Positions 11,944 to 24,187 of a DNA stretch of 64,000 nt are shown in pieces. The stretch is taken from assembly GCA_020137815.1 (NCBI GenBank), contig CM035350.1, positions 7,254,001-7,318,000 on the forward strand. The letters run 5' to 3'. The translations under genes and the position numbers were made by a program. Under the pieces are notes generated by a model. It was not told the DNA's origin and ran no database searches. It saw nothing but the letters and a program-made list of their open reading frames with translations. The first letter of the stretch is position 1. Each line of letters starts with the position of its first letter. The stretch is from Hormiphora californensis. Lineage: Eukaryota > Animalia > Ctenophora.

Positions 11944-14758
11944 CAGGGGCTGTCTCTGAGACCGCAAAATTCATTGTGTGGTCCGCACAAAAGACTAGCA
12001 AATTTGGGTGGGTTGTACAAATAAGCACACTGAGCGCGCAAATGATGGAGTTTCGCCAATTTTTTTGTACTGTGGGATTCACAAGGCTTTCACCTACTGC
12101 TTAGTGAAAACCCTGTGGAAAACGGTTGATCACAAGCTTTGCAGTGATCTAAACCGCTGGGAACTTCATTTCATAGTATATTTCATATTTGGTGGGGTAC
12201 GGCTCTTTATCCGCCTATCACTAAAAATTGAGATAGAAACTCGAAAAAAATCGTCTCATGAGTCATCCAAAATCGTCCATTCTACCGATTCCCGGGTCGT
12301 TTGGGGTTCCAGGCCCAACCGTCTGGGAGCCTATTGCCACATAAGTAAAAAAAGCCGGTTGATTTTTCGACCGGGTCATTTTGCGGTCTCACCAAGTATC
12401 ACGTGATCTGATCACATGATCTGAGGTGTTGAAAATTGGACTTTTACAAGTAAACATATGAATCTCTCTCCCTCCCACTATTCTACACTATAATCTCACT
12501 TGTGTGTGCACAGTTACACAGAAAAGGGGGGGGACCTTCCACCCTTCTGCTTCACAGGACTGTGGACCAAGGGCAGTGCTGATCAAACTGTAAACATTTG
12601 CAACTAATTGATATCAAAGCAAAAATCACTCTACCCGACTAATTTCAATAGGCTGAATCACATGAGCAACTTTTTAAAGATCTCAGAGGTCGATAAAGTG
12701 ATCTAATTGGTTATAATAGGGTCTAATTGATCGAAATTACAACTTCTCCCCTGAAAACGCTATGAAGTCGTATGAGGGCACTATACCCACTGACTTGGAT
12801 ACCCTGATTCACATGAGCATCTTTTCTAAGCTCTTAGAGATCGAGAAAGTGCTCTAATTGGGTCCAATTGACCAAAATGATTACCACTTTTCCCTGTAAT
12901 CTTTAAAGTTCATTTGGAGACACTTAGACTACCCACTAGTACTCGAAAATTAGTCTAAAATGCCGAAAAATGAGTAAGTTGGCATACTTTGATCGCAAAT
13001 ATCCACAGAACGGTTAGAGATAGACCATAAATTTCTTCACAACTCTTAGATTAACTTTTTCTTCTGAACAAAATGGCACCAGTGAAAAGTCTCTAAACCA
13101 CTCCAGAGTGGCTATAGCCGTATAGCCAAAAAACGGTTATGTGCATCTCCTGCTCATCTAATTATCCAATTATCTAATTAACCAGATGAGACTTAATTTC
13201 CGCACCTACCCCCACTAATGCGAGAACGCTACACATTTTAGTGTCCTTAGATTTGCCTCTACTCCTTTCCTAAGCCCTGTTTTGGTTTTCGCCAGAAGGC
13301 TAAAAACATGGGTAAAAGGGCGTGGCCGAAAAACCCAACTTTTTCATTGATAAAACCGCGGCCAATTTTTTTGGTGCTTCCAGGGACCTATTAGAGCCTA
13401 CTAGAAGTGGAATTAGCTTGATAACAATTATGTCCTTTTTCAGCATTTTTTGGCATCATATGCCCTGACTAAAATGAACTTATGAACTTATGAAAAGTGG
13501 TAATTATTTTGGTCAATTGGACCCAATTACGCTCAATTAGAGCACTTTATCCACCATTGAGAACTTGGAACAGTTGTTCATTCGAATCAGGGTATGCAAA
13601 ATAGTGGGTAAAGTGCCCTCACACCTATTTATAGCGTTTCTTGAGAGGAATCGTAATTTCGATCAATTAGATACAATTGTGCTCAATTAGAGCACTCTTT
13701 CCACATGACAAATAAGAGCTTATAAAAGATACTCATGCCCTGTTCATGTGAATCAGGGTATCAAAATCAGTGGGTAAGTGTCTCCAAATGAACTTATAGG
13801 GATTACAGGGAAAAGTGGTAATTATTTTGGTCAATTACCCTCAATTAGAGCACTTTCTCGATCTCTGAGAGCTTAGAAAAGATGCTCATGTGAATCAGGG
13901 TATCCAAGTCAGTGGGTATAGTGCCCTCATACGACTTCATAGCGTTTTCAGGGGAGAAGTTGTAATTTCGATCAATTAGACCCTATTATAACCAATTAGA
14001 TCACTTTATCGACCTCTGAGATCTTTAAAAAGTTGCTCATGTGATTCAGCCTATTGAAATTAGTCGGGTAGAGTGATTTTTGCTTTGATATCAATTAGTT
14101 GCAAATGTTTACAGTTTGATCAGCACTGCCCTTGGTCCACAGTCCTGTGAAGCAGAAGGGTGGAAGGTCCCCCCCCTTTTCTGTGTAACTGTGCACACAC
14201 AAGTGAGATTATAGTGTAGAATAGTGGGAGGGAGAGAGATTCATATGTTTACTTGGAAAAGTCCAATTTTCAACACCTCAGATCATGTGATCAGATCACG
14301 TGATACTTGGTGAGACCGCAAAATGACCCGGTCGAAAAATCAACCGGCTTTTTTTACTTATGTGGCAATAGGCTCCCAGACGGTTGGGCCTGGAACCCCA
14401 AACGACCCGGGAATCGGTAGAATGGACGATTTTGGATGACTCATGAGACGATTTTTTTCGAGTTTCTATCTCAATTTTTAGTGATAGGCGGATAAAGAGC
14501 CGTACCCCACCAAATATGAAATATACTATGAAATGAAGTTCCCAGCGGTTTAGATCACTGCAAAGCTTGTGATCAACCGTTTTCCACAGGGTTTTCACTA
14601 AGCAGTAGGTGAAAGCCTTGTGAATCCCACAGTACAAAAAAATTGGCGAAACTCCATCATTTGCGCGCTCAGTGTGCTTATTTGTACAACCCACCCAAAT
14701 TTGCTAGTCTTTTGTGCGGACCACACAATGAATTTTGCGGTCTCAGAGACAGCCCCTG
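11944..14758. mobile_element. 2.8-kb non-autonomous foldback DNA transposon; ~0.92-0.98 kb TIRs, 5-bp TSD ATATT
   Basis: CAGGGGCTGTCTCTGAGACC...GGTCTCAGAGACAGCCCCTG; ATATT at 11939-11943 and 14759-14763; no transposase ORF. Confidence 0.9.
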
Positions 14759-15237
14759 ATATTATGTACCGCATACCATCCGATGTGTTTAGTACCCGTT
14801 TAGTAACTAAAGTGAAAGCATTAAATCCTTTTTGTAGAGGAGTGTTATCTTGTAATTTGGGAGAGGTATTTTTACTTATTATGACAATTCTTCATCAGTT
14901 TCTTTGTTATGTTCTAACCCTCCCTTTACATTTGTAAAGGCAGTCTACCTTGGCAACAGTTTCTCTGAACGCACAAAAAACTTTTTCATGTTCAGTTTAG
15001 TATGTTCAGTTTTACACAGTTAAGATTAGCGTTTTGTATGTTTGTGTGTGTTTATGTTTATGATTTCTTTTAGCTTGTATTTTTTCAGTGAGACTTTTCT
15101 GCTATTACCGATTTGTACACATTTTCTCAGTTTTAGCTTTAAAATATGTTTTCTTCCCCCCCCCCCCCCTAACAACTTATCCCTTCCTGTATAATTCCTG
15201 GAGTGTATAAAGTTCTCTTCCTATATAATTAGTAGTG

Positions 15238-16685
15238 ATGGCAGAGCAGACTGTGGTGATAGACGCCCTGCCATACTCGGACCAGGGGTACGAGGATGAC
15301 AGAGTTAGGGAAGCAGCTGCAAAACTCATCGAGGAGGAGGTCAGTATATTCTAACATATTAGTTCCAATCAGGAACCGACCGAAACAAGTAAACAACCAA
15401 TCAGAACTCGTTATTTAGGTCACGTGACTGGTTATCATCCAATCAGGGACTAGTATTTCCTGATTCGGTCGGTTCCTGGTTCCAATATACTCCCTTATGT
15501 AATGTTCGGATGGAACAAGTCAATTACCCCCCCCCACCCCCCTGTGACAGGTAAAACGATACCACAGTAGTAAGAACTATCTGGAGCACATACCGGGGGA
15601 CCTGCACGAGAGATGGGAGACACCCGCTATGAAGGCTGCCTTTGAGAGGCTGGATAATCGACAACCCATGGAGATGCTTTCTATGAAGCGATGTGAACTA
15701 CCCCAACCCCCACCAGGTATTATTATAGGTCACTACCCCAACCCCCCCCCCCCCACCAGGTATTATTATAGGTCACTACCCCAACCCCCACCAGGTATTA
15801 TTATAGGTCACTACCCCAACCCCCACCAGGTATTATTATAGGTCACTACCCCAACCCCCACCAGGTATTATTATAGGTCACTACCCCAACCCCCACCAGG
15901 TAGTATTATATGTCACTACCCAACCCCCACCGGGTATTATTATAGGTCACTACCCCAACCCCCACCAGGTATTATTATAGGTCACTACCCCAACCCCCAC
16001 CAAGTATTATTATAGGTCACTACCCCCCCCCCCCCCACTCACACGCTCACACACTGGTCACTGCCCCCTTACCTGAGGTTTATCGGATGATGTAGTGCCC
16101 ATATTATTATAACATTCTCTAACTGGTCAGGCCAGAAACACGATGTGACGGCGTGGTTGTCAGCGGTGAGTAACTCCCGGTCCCAGCTAGAGCACCAGGC
16201 TATCCGGCTGTCCAATCTGGAACTTCTCAAAGAGCACGGGGTGAACTCTTGGACAGTCCACCTGCAGCAACTTCAGAAACTCTCTGAAGGGCAACAGAAA
16301 CATCTTCAGTCACTCCGGCAGGAAATACAGGTTAGAGGGCACGGAGAGAGAGAGTGATATGTATGGGGAATTGAAAGTGAGGGTTGGGAACTAAATGATT
16401 TCCGGGTGTTATTATTGAGAGTTTTAACCACTTCCCGCTCAGGACACCAATTGGGCCCGTAAAAAGGAACACACAGAAGCAGGCCAACTCCTCCAGACCC
16501 TTGAGGGACAATGGCTCGAGCTCGTCGGTAAAAACTACTCTGTAGAACGGGCGTGTGGGGAGTTAGAGATAGATGTTGAGAGACTAGAAAAGATGAAGGA
16601 AGAGAGACTTTGCGCCGTTCTGCCCGATAGTTCTACTACAGAGGGGCATCTCACAGCTGCAGCACCGGGGGTACCAGGAGAGTGA
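15238..16685 (+). CDS. BCAS2: Pre-mRNA splicing factor SPF27; exons 15238-15339, 15551-15716, 16131-16330, 16443-16685
   Basis: [18 protein letters not shown]|VKRY..KNYL; [22 protein letters not shown]; [23 protein letters not shown]. Confidence 0.93.
15370..15478. mobile_element. 109-bp hAT-type MITE in BCAS2 intron 1
   Basis: TIR CAGGAACCGACCGAA; perfect 8-bp TSD GTTCCAAT. Confidence 0.9.
15697..16023. repeat. 35-bp tandem repeat (~9 copies) containing exon end plus donor
   Basis: (actaccccaacccccaccag|gtattattataggtc)n. Confidence 0.95.
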
Positions 16686-17153
16686 GGTTATCTAACAGTC
16701 CTCTCTTATCAGATATATCAGGTTTCAGTCCAGGTGTCTCTTTCTCTCTCCCTGACTCTGTGTCGTGTACTGCACCGTTATACGTGTGTTATTATATGGG
16801 ATATATATTTGGTTGCCTTGTTGTCATCATCTAATCATTCTTTTGGACTGATCCCTCCCATTATACTACAATAATATACCCTTCTATTTTTGTTTTCTCT
16901 TCCGGAAAGTGATCTGTTTTATATTTATTATTATTGACACCCATTTGAATCTTATCCAACATACAACTGATTACTGAGTGGTATTTCCCAATGTGTGAGG
17001 TGTCTCCCCTCCTAATCAGCTGGTATCTTCTGTATTATAGGGCTCTATCACGGGTACTCGGAGAAAAAGCAGCGACAAAGACGGCGATACCTACCTCCTC
17101 CTCTCTGTAACTACCTCAGCTTCTAACAGCCGCCCCGAGGAGACAATTTCAAC

Positions 17154-19348
17154 ATGTGAGTCGGACATTTCCAATTAGTAACGAAATTACCCCTACCTTA
17201 CGGGCACGCTAAAACGTGCCTTACTAAAACTATACGATGTGATGCCTCTACGAGGGGTAATTTCCACGTCATGTACAGTGTACAATGTACAGTGTACATT
17301 GTACATTGTACACTAATCCAAAGGTTCCTTTGATCTAATCCCCCAAACATCTAGAACTGACTATCACGTGTTTCAGGCGATATTACACCCACCCCTGTAT
17401 GCTCAGCAAAGGCGTGCGAGCCCCGTGATCAATGCACCACCACGGGGTGTGATATAACAACTGACCAGCTACATGTTGCTACAACTGACCCATCTCAGCT
17501 CCATGTAGCTACAACTGACCCATCTTCAATCCAGCTCCATGTGGCTACAACTGACATCGATCCCTCACCCGCCCTGACCACACTTACTAAGGTAACGGGC
17601 TATTCATGTTACATTATAGTTTTACGTTGTAGTTGATGAACGTTCACTAGAGTATACATATTTTTTAATAAGAGGTATTGTTTGAAATCATGTGGTTCAA
17701 TGTGCAGGTGCTGTCAGGCGGTGAACTGCTCCGTTTCTCTCTCTCCGACTACCACTCTGGGGTACTGGGAAAGTGTCATGTGGTTCGCCATCGGGATGCC
17801 CTCTTTGTTCCCTTCCCCACCAACACCCTCTCTAGAGACTGGTTAGTGTTCCCTTCCCCACCAACACCCTCTCTAGAGACTGGTTAGTGTTCCCTTCCCC
17901 ACCAACACCCTCTCTAGAGACTGGTTAGTGTTCCCTTCCCCACCAACACCCTCTCTAGAGACTGGTTAGTGTTCCCTTCTCCGCCAACACCCTCTCTAGA
18001 GATTGGTTAGTGTTCCCTTCCCCACCAACACCCTCTCTAGAGACTGGTTAGTGTTCCCTTCTCCACCAACACCCTCTCTAGAGACTGGTTAGTGTTCCCT
18101 TCCCCACCAACACCCTCTCTAGAGATTGGTTAGTGTTCCCTTCCCCACCAACACCCTCTCTAGAGACTGGTTAGTGTCCCCTTCCCCGCCAACACCCTCT
18201 CTAGAGACTGGTTAGTGTTCCCTTCCCCACCAACACCCTCTCTAGAGACTGGTTAGTGTTCCCTTCCCCACCAACACCCTCTCTAGAGACTGGTTAGTGT
18301 TCCCTTCCCCACCAACACCCTCTCTAGAGACTGGTTAGTGTTCCCTTCCCCACCAACACCCTCTCTAGAGACTGGTTAGTGTTCCCTTCCCCACCAACAC
18401 CCTCTCTAGAGACTGGTTAGTGTTCCCTTCCCCACCAACACCCTCTCTAGAGACTGGTTAGTGTTCCCTTCCCCACCAACACCCTCTCTAGAGACTGGTT
18501 AGTGTTCCCTTCCCCACCAACACCCTCTCTAGAGACTGGTTAGTGTTCCCTTCCCCACCAACACCCTCTCTAGAGACTGGTTAGTGTTCCCTTCCCCACC
18601 AACACCCTCTCTAGAGACTGGTTAGTGTTCCCTTCCCCACCAACACCCTCTCTAGAGACTGGTTAGTGTTCCCTTCCCCACCAACACCCTCTCTAGAGAC
18701 TGGTTAGTGTTCCCTTCCCCACCAACACCCTCTCTAGAGACTGGTTAGTGTTCCCTTCCCCACCAACACCCTCTCTAGAGACTGGTTAGTGTTCCCTTCC
18801 CCACCAACACCCTCTCTAGAGACTGGTTAGTGTTCCCTTCCCCACCAACACCCTCTCTAGAGACTGGTTAGTGCTCCCTTCCCCACCAACACCCTTGGCC
18901 GCTTGAGATACATCCCTCGACTATCTCAGGCCCTTACGGGGCTGAGACAGTCTTGAAGAAGAAGAATGAGCTTATTGATATAATATTTCTATTTCCATCA
19001 CGTCCTACATATTTTGTGTTATGTTTTAAGATGTCACTAATCAACTCTCACCCATCCATCTCTCCCGTCTGACGTCTCTCTCTCACTCTCTCTCTCTCCC
19101 CCAGTTTTTTGGCCATGGTCCAGTATTGTGAACGAACGAAAACAGCCACGAAACTGGTAAGCTGTCTGGAGAGGTCGGATAAGGGCAAGGGACAGCTGAC
19201 GAAGACTCTTCTCTTCATGGGGTTCAAGCCCAGGACTCACACCAAGGACCCCGCCCTCATTCCACCATGCAATACAATGATTTTCATGGTGTACGAGATT
19301 AGTAAACCGGAAATAAACTCTAACAAGAACTTGATGGAAATTGATTGA
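17154..19348 (+). CDS. OAZ: Ornithine decarboxylase antizyme (+1 frameshift); coding exons 17154-17155, 17377-17591, 17708-17841, 19105-19348
   Basis: C-terminal ALFVPFP..SRDCFLAMVQYCE..LVSCLERS..LTKTLLFMGF..FMVYEI fits the antizyme domain. A 17-codon ORF1 ends CCG-TGA-T, and ORF2 lies in the +1 frame. Confidence 0.85.
17423..17450 (+). other. Putative +1 ribosomal frameshift site CCG-TGA-T with a downstream stem
   Basis: CCG 17423-25, TGA 17426-28, +1 frame GAT CAA TGC. Possible GCACC/GGTGT stem at 17434-17450. Confidence 0.75.
17807..18895. repeat. 41-bp tandem repeat (~26 copies) containing the OAZ exon end plus donor
   Basis: (gttcccttccccaccaacaccctctctagagactg|gttagt)n. Confidence 0.97.
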
Positions 19349-19853
19349 TCGTTGCACGTTTTAAATATTCACCTATTTTTTAATTGAATAGCACTTGCTG
19401 ATTCATTGATTAACTTTAATTTTAGTGTAAATAATAATCATGTTATGTATAACTCTTAAATTCATGTTTGAATACAATTAAAAGGCGTGTTTTGTTTCTG
19501 AATGCTGCAAGTGCAGCAGCAGTTTGTGAGAATATTACATTTTCACCCACTTTTGGGACGCGCAAGAATATATACAAATACGCGGCTTTTGAGTGGCGCG
19601 CACATAATGTTTTATTTGTGCGCGCGCCAAACACAAGCCTGAGCTGGGCCCGGTTGCGACCGTGATGTGACCCGGACCGGACCGGACGTCACGTCATCTT
19701 TAACGTTACGAGATCGTATTTCGTAACTGATCACGTCACATGGGTTGTGTAGTTTGTATCACGTGAAAATGACACGTTAATCAATTTTTGATAATTACTA
19801 TTTTTTTGGATAATTTGATAACATGATCTCCCCTCAGAAATCGGTCTTCGAAT

Positions 19854-21528
19854 ATGGCTTCGTCCTCATCTAGCTATAAGAACGGCGCAGGGGCAAGCAC
19901 GAGCAGCATGAAGGAGCCGGCCCGGAAGCTGCGACGAAAATCCTCCTCGGGTTCGGACGATTCCTACGGTTCACATGCGTATCGGTGCTGAATACCAAGC
20001 AGCGATACCTGCTCTCCAAACTGAGAAGAAACAGATGAGCAGAGGCCCTCCTCTGGTGATCTGGAAACCATATAAAATAGCCGAGGACAAACTGGTCAGG
20101 TTTATCGACTTCTCTCGAAACAAGTACGGATACCGTGAGGAACAATCACTTGGACTACTCTGGTGTCACAAGTACAACGTCGATGAAGCAAACAGAGACC
20201 TGGTGAATTTCGTGCCCTATCCCGATGACTGGACGACCCTCGAGAAACAAACTTTTGAGGTTGGCTTTCAGGAGCACGGGAAAGACTTCCACAAGATTAA
20301 AATGATGTTGCCGGATAAATCTGTGAACCATATTGTGAAGTACTACTACATTTGGAAGAAGAGCCGTGGAAAATACCAGAGTCTGAAGAACAAGGCGAGA
20401 TCTCGGAAGAACGTTGACAGTGACGATGATTCTAATGATGATTATACCTCACACAAAAACAAACGCATCCGTATGGGTTCATCATCCCTGATGACGTCTA
20501 ACTTTACTCAAAGTCAAATACCAATCATCCAGGCGCTGTACAGCAACAACGGGATGGGATCTTACGAGGCATGCACCAACTGTCACCGTGCTAAAGCGGT
20601 AACCCTGGTCACCCTGAAACGCGAAAACTTCCTCTGTGCTGTTTGCTCCGAGTACTATCAGAAGTACTCAGCGATGAGGCCTCTCTTTGAGAACGCCGTA
20701 GTTGGAACTGGGGTGACCAATGAGAAAGTCCTGAGCCCACCTGAGGGAGTTGATCTCACCATCGCCTCGTTGCGAGTTGTTGCGAGTCCGAAGGAAGCAC
20801 ACAATTTCTTTGCGAGTCTGACTAACCAAATCATGACGTATAAAACGAAGAGTCTCCAGTTGAAAGCCAAGTATGACAAGATGCAGAAGGAGTTTGCGGC
20901 GCTCAATATTGAGCAGTACCGTGAAAAGGCGCCTACTAGCTCCTCCAAGACATGGAGCAACTACGAGATGGAAATGATGAAGTTGAGTGTGAAGAACTAC
21001 GGAAAGGACTTCGATGCAGCTGCTATGATTGTACGTACTAAGACTGCAAACCAGTGCAGGAACATATTCTATTACAAGAAGAACAAGGATGATTTTGATA
21101 AATGTCTCGCTGATTATGATGCCAAGATCCTGGAGGAGGAAGAGAGGGCCAAGGAGAAGGCGAAGAAGTTGCTAGAGGAACAGGAAGACGAGATTCAGAT
21201 CATTGATGTCACCAAGAACCGCACCTCTACCCCGGACAACATTGTTTTCAATGTCCAGTTCAATGGTATGAAACAGCCCGTCCGCCTGCAGCGTGTACCC
21301 ATTCAGCAGTCCCCAGTTTCAAATGGCAGCAGTTCCGGGGATTCAACCCCAATGATCATCGATCTTACTGATGATGATGATGATTTCCGACCTGCCATTT
21401 CCCTCGGTGATGTACAGGTGTACAGTGCAGAGAAGAAAACCAACGGGCACCACGTCACCATGGTTACAGACGTTGTTCATGTTGTCGATGATGATATTCA
21501 GATTTTGGATTCTAATGGTGTCAAATGA
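19854..21528 (+). CDS. RCOR: CoREST/RCOR-like corepressor (ELM2-SANT, GATA-like Zn finger, SANT), intronless; main ORF 19975-21528; probable N-terminus from 19854 is 1 nt out of frame
   Basis: MRIGAEYQAAIP (ELM2); DDWTTLEKQTFEVGFQEHGKDFHKI (SANT1); CTNC..CAVC; WSNYEM..YGKDF..TKTANQC (SANT2). Confidence 0.85.
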
Positions 21529-21768
21529 GAAAGACAGTGATTCAACTTGTAAAAACGAACTTGATACATCAGGGATTGTTTAGTCTTGTTACTACTACAT
21601 GTGTTATTTTATGTGCGACTCTCAAGTTAGGACTATCGAAATGGGTGTTCAGGGGATTGGAGAAAGAGATGTTTTAGAGTCCTTTGTTACAATAAACATT
21701 GTTTTATTTAAGTTCGCGTTGTGTTTTCTTGATTTCAACCTCAAATCCTCTCTGTATCTTAGGACGGA

Positions 21769-24187
21769 ATGACCTCAGATTGGGAAATTCAGATACAAAC
21801 TCTTGTTGAAAGGCTTACTGAGGAATACTGTTGGACGCATAACTACGAGCATGCCAAAACTGTTGCAAGCAGATCCCGGGGTATTTACAATACCCTTCTA
21901 AAAGAAACGGAAAATTTAGGAGGTCAGTAAATTAATTGCTTCCAAGTTTTTATTATTTATTACATACTTAGTTAAACTAAATATATATATGGTTTGCTGT
22001 TGAAAATCTCTAATAAAACAATCAATTATTGGTCAATTCTGAAGTAAAATTTGTTTTTCAGTTCGGTCAGAAGAAGTAGTGGTTTCAGCTGCTTGGTTGC
22101 ACGATGTACTTGATAAGAAAATGATAAAAAGTGACAGAGAATACAAAGAGAAGGATTCTGAGATACGGTCTCTGTTGGCGAAACTCTTTACTGCGGAGGA
22201 GGCACAGCTAATTATGGAAATAACTGAAAATGTATCCTACTCAAATGAGGTATAAAAAAGCAACGAAGTTTCAGCATATATACTTAGCTGAGAGGCCTAT
22301 AATCCATTGAATTCTTGTCAAAATACGGCTTGACCTCATATTTTTGGGGGGCAAGCTAATTCCTTCACTAAATGTTAGCCAGGGACCTCCTAAGCCACCA
22401 TAAAAAAGTCCTAAGCTCTACCCGTTGGGGGGAGGTCATTTCCGGGCCACGCCCTTTTTCTTAGCCTGAATTCAAAAGCGTAACTACCCTTAGGAAAGGA
22501 GTAGAGACAAAATTAAGGGCATCAGCGTGTTCAGCGTCCTCGAATTAGTGGGGGTAGGTGCCGGAATTAAGTCTCTATCTCATCTGGTTAATTAGATAAT
22601 TGGATAATTAGATATGCGCATAGCCGTTTGCTGGCCATGTGGCTATAGCCATCTTACCAAAAGAGTAGAGACAAAATCAAGGGCTCTAAAGTGTGTAGCG
22701 TCCTCGCATTAGTGGGGGTAGGTGCTGAAATCAAGTCTCTATCTCAACTTGTTAATGAGATAATTGGATAATTAGCTTTGCGCATAACCGATTTTGGCTA
22801 TATGGCTATAGCCACTTAGGAATGGTTTAGAGACTTTTCGCTGGTGCCATTTTGTTCAGAAATAAATTTTAATCTAAGAGTTGTGGAAAAATTTAGGCCC
22901 TATCTCTTACCGTTTTGACGTTACTTGCGGTCAAAGAAGGCCAAATCAGCCGAATGTGCCAAAAAATGAATAAAAAATTGGCGTTTTCGGCTGATTTGGC
23001 CATCTTTGACCGCAAGTAACGCCAAAACGGTAAGAGATAGGGCCTAAACTTTTCCACAACTCTTAGATTAAAATTTTTTTCTGAACAAAATGGCACCAGT
23101 GAAAAATCTCTAAACCATTCCTAAGTGGCTATAGCCATATAGCCAAAATCGGTTATGCGCAAAGCTAATTATCCAATTATCTCATTAACAAGTTGAGATA
23201 GAGACTTGATTTCAGCACCTACCCCCACTAATGCGAGGACGCTACACACTTTAGAGCCCTTGATTTTGTCTCTACTCCTTTGCTAAGATGGCTATAGCCA
23301 CATGGCCAGCAAACGGCTATGCGCATATCTAATTATCCAATTATCTAATTAACCAGATGAGATAGAGACTTAATTCCGGCACCTACCCCCACTAATTCGA
23401 GGACGCTGAACACGCTGATGCCCTTAATTTTGTCTCTACTCCTTTCCTAAGGGTAGTTACGCTTTTGAATTCAGGCTAAGAAAAAGGGCGTGGCCCGGAA
23501 ATGACCTCCCCCCAACGGGTAGAGCTTAGGACTTTTTTATGGTGGCTTAGGAGGTCCCTGGCTAACATTTAGTGAAGGAATTAGCTTGCCCCCCAAAAAT
23601 ATGAGGTCACGGCAAGAATTCAATGTATTACTAGCTGTACATGATGATAGACAATGTCATAGTAGAGACTAGGTAAGGGCGTGTTTCTACTGATTTACCA
23701 ATTTCTTGCAGGTCAAAGGGAAAAAGAAGGATTTAGGAAAGTTCGAGATTCTTCGGAACATTGTTTCTGACGCTGATAAATTGGAAGCAATTGGTATGGA
23801 GGGACTGTTCCGGTGTTACATGTATAACTTCGGGACACACGGATGTCATGATCAGGTAATTAATTATTCTCGGAAACCATTCAACTAATTTAGTTGTGAG
23901 AGTTGTACATGCGATTTAGATTCGTAAGCTATAATCCCCCGTATAATAATCCCATCTAACATTTTGTTTTTCTTTAGGCTGCTAAAAGCCTTGTTCAGCA
24001 TTGTGATGATAAACTCATTCGCCTTCAACCGCTGTTCATCAAAACTCCTGAAGGAAAACGACTCGGAGAACCACTGCATCAAGCCATTGTTGATTTTCGA
24101 GACGGAAAATTTTCCTTTGAAGAAGTTAAGAAATATGTTCATGACAAGAATGTTGCATCTGGCTTAATTAAAAACAGTGGGTGTTAG
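21769..24187 (+). CDS. HD-domain phosphohydrolase (YpgQ/YedJ-like); exons 21769-21922, 22062-22249, 23712-23855, 23978-24187
   Basis: THNYEHAKTV; AAWLHDVLDKK; NVSYSNE; VSDADKLEAIGMEGLFRC; HCDDKLIRL..IKTPEGK. Confidence 0.85.
22300..23630. mobile_element. Palindromic non-autonomous DNA transposon (Academ-like) in HD gene intron; TSD CTA
   Basis: Termini TAATCCATTGAATTCTTG / CAAGAATTCAATGTATTA; ~620-bp arms within 22331-23609; CTA on both flanks. Confidence 0.88.

Noticed and set aside
12008-14694. Identical 132-aa ORFs on opposite strands as a duplicated gene or transposase
   Set aside because: They are a by-product of the TIRs, start at GTG and show no DDE or other motifs.
17108-17126. CTG-TAA or TTC-TAA as the antizyme shift site
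   Set aside because: The first needs a -1 shift, and the second has no ATG in its frame within the exon. CCG-TGA-T has a good-context ATG and the canonical stop-U to GAU geometry.
17807-18895. CRISPR-like array (also 39787-41799)
   Set aside because: Units are head-to-tail identical with no unique spacers, lie in eukaryotic introns, and have no cas genes nearby.
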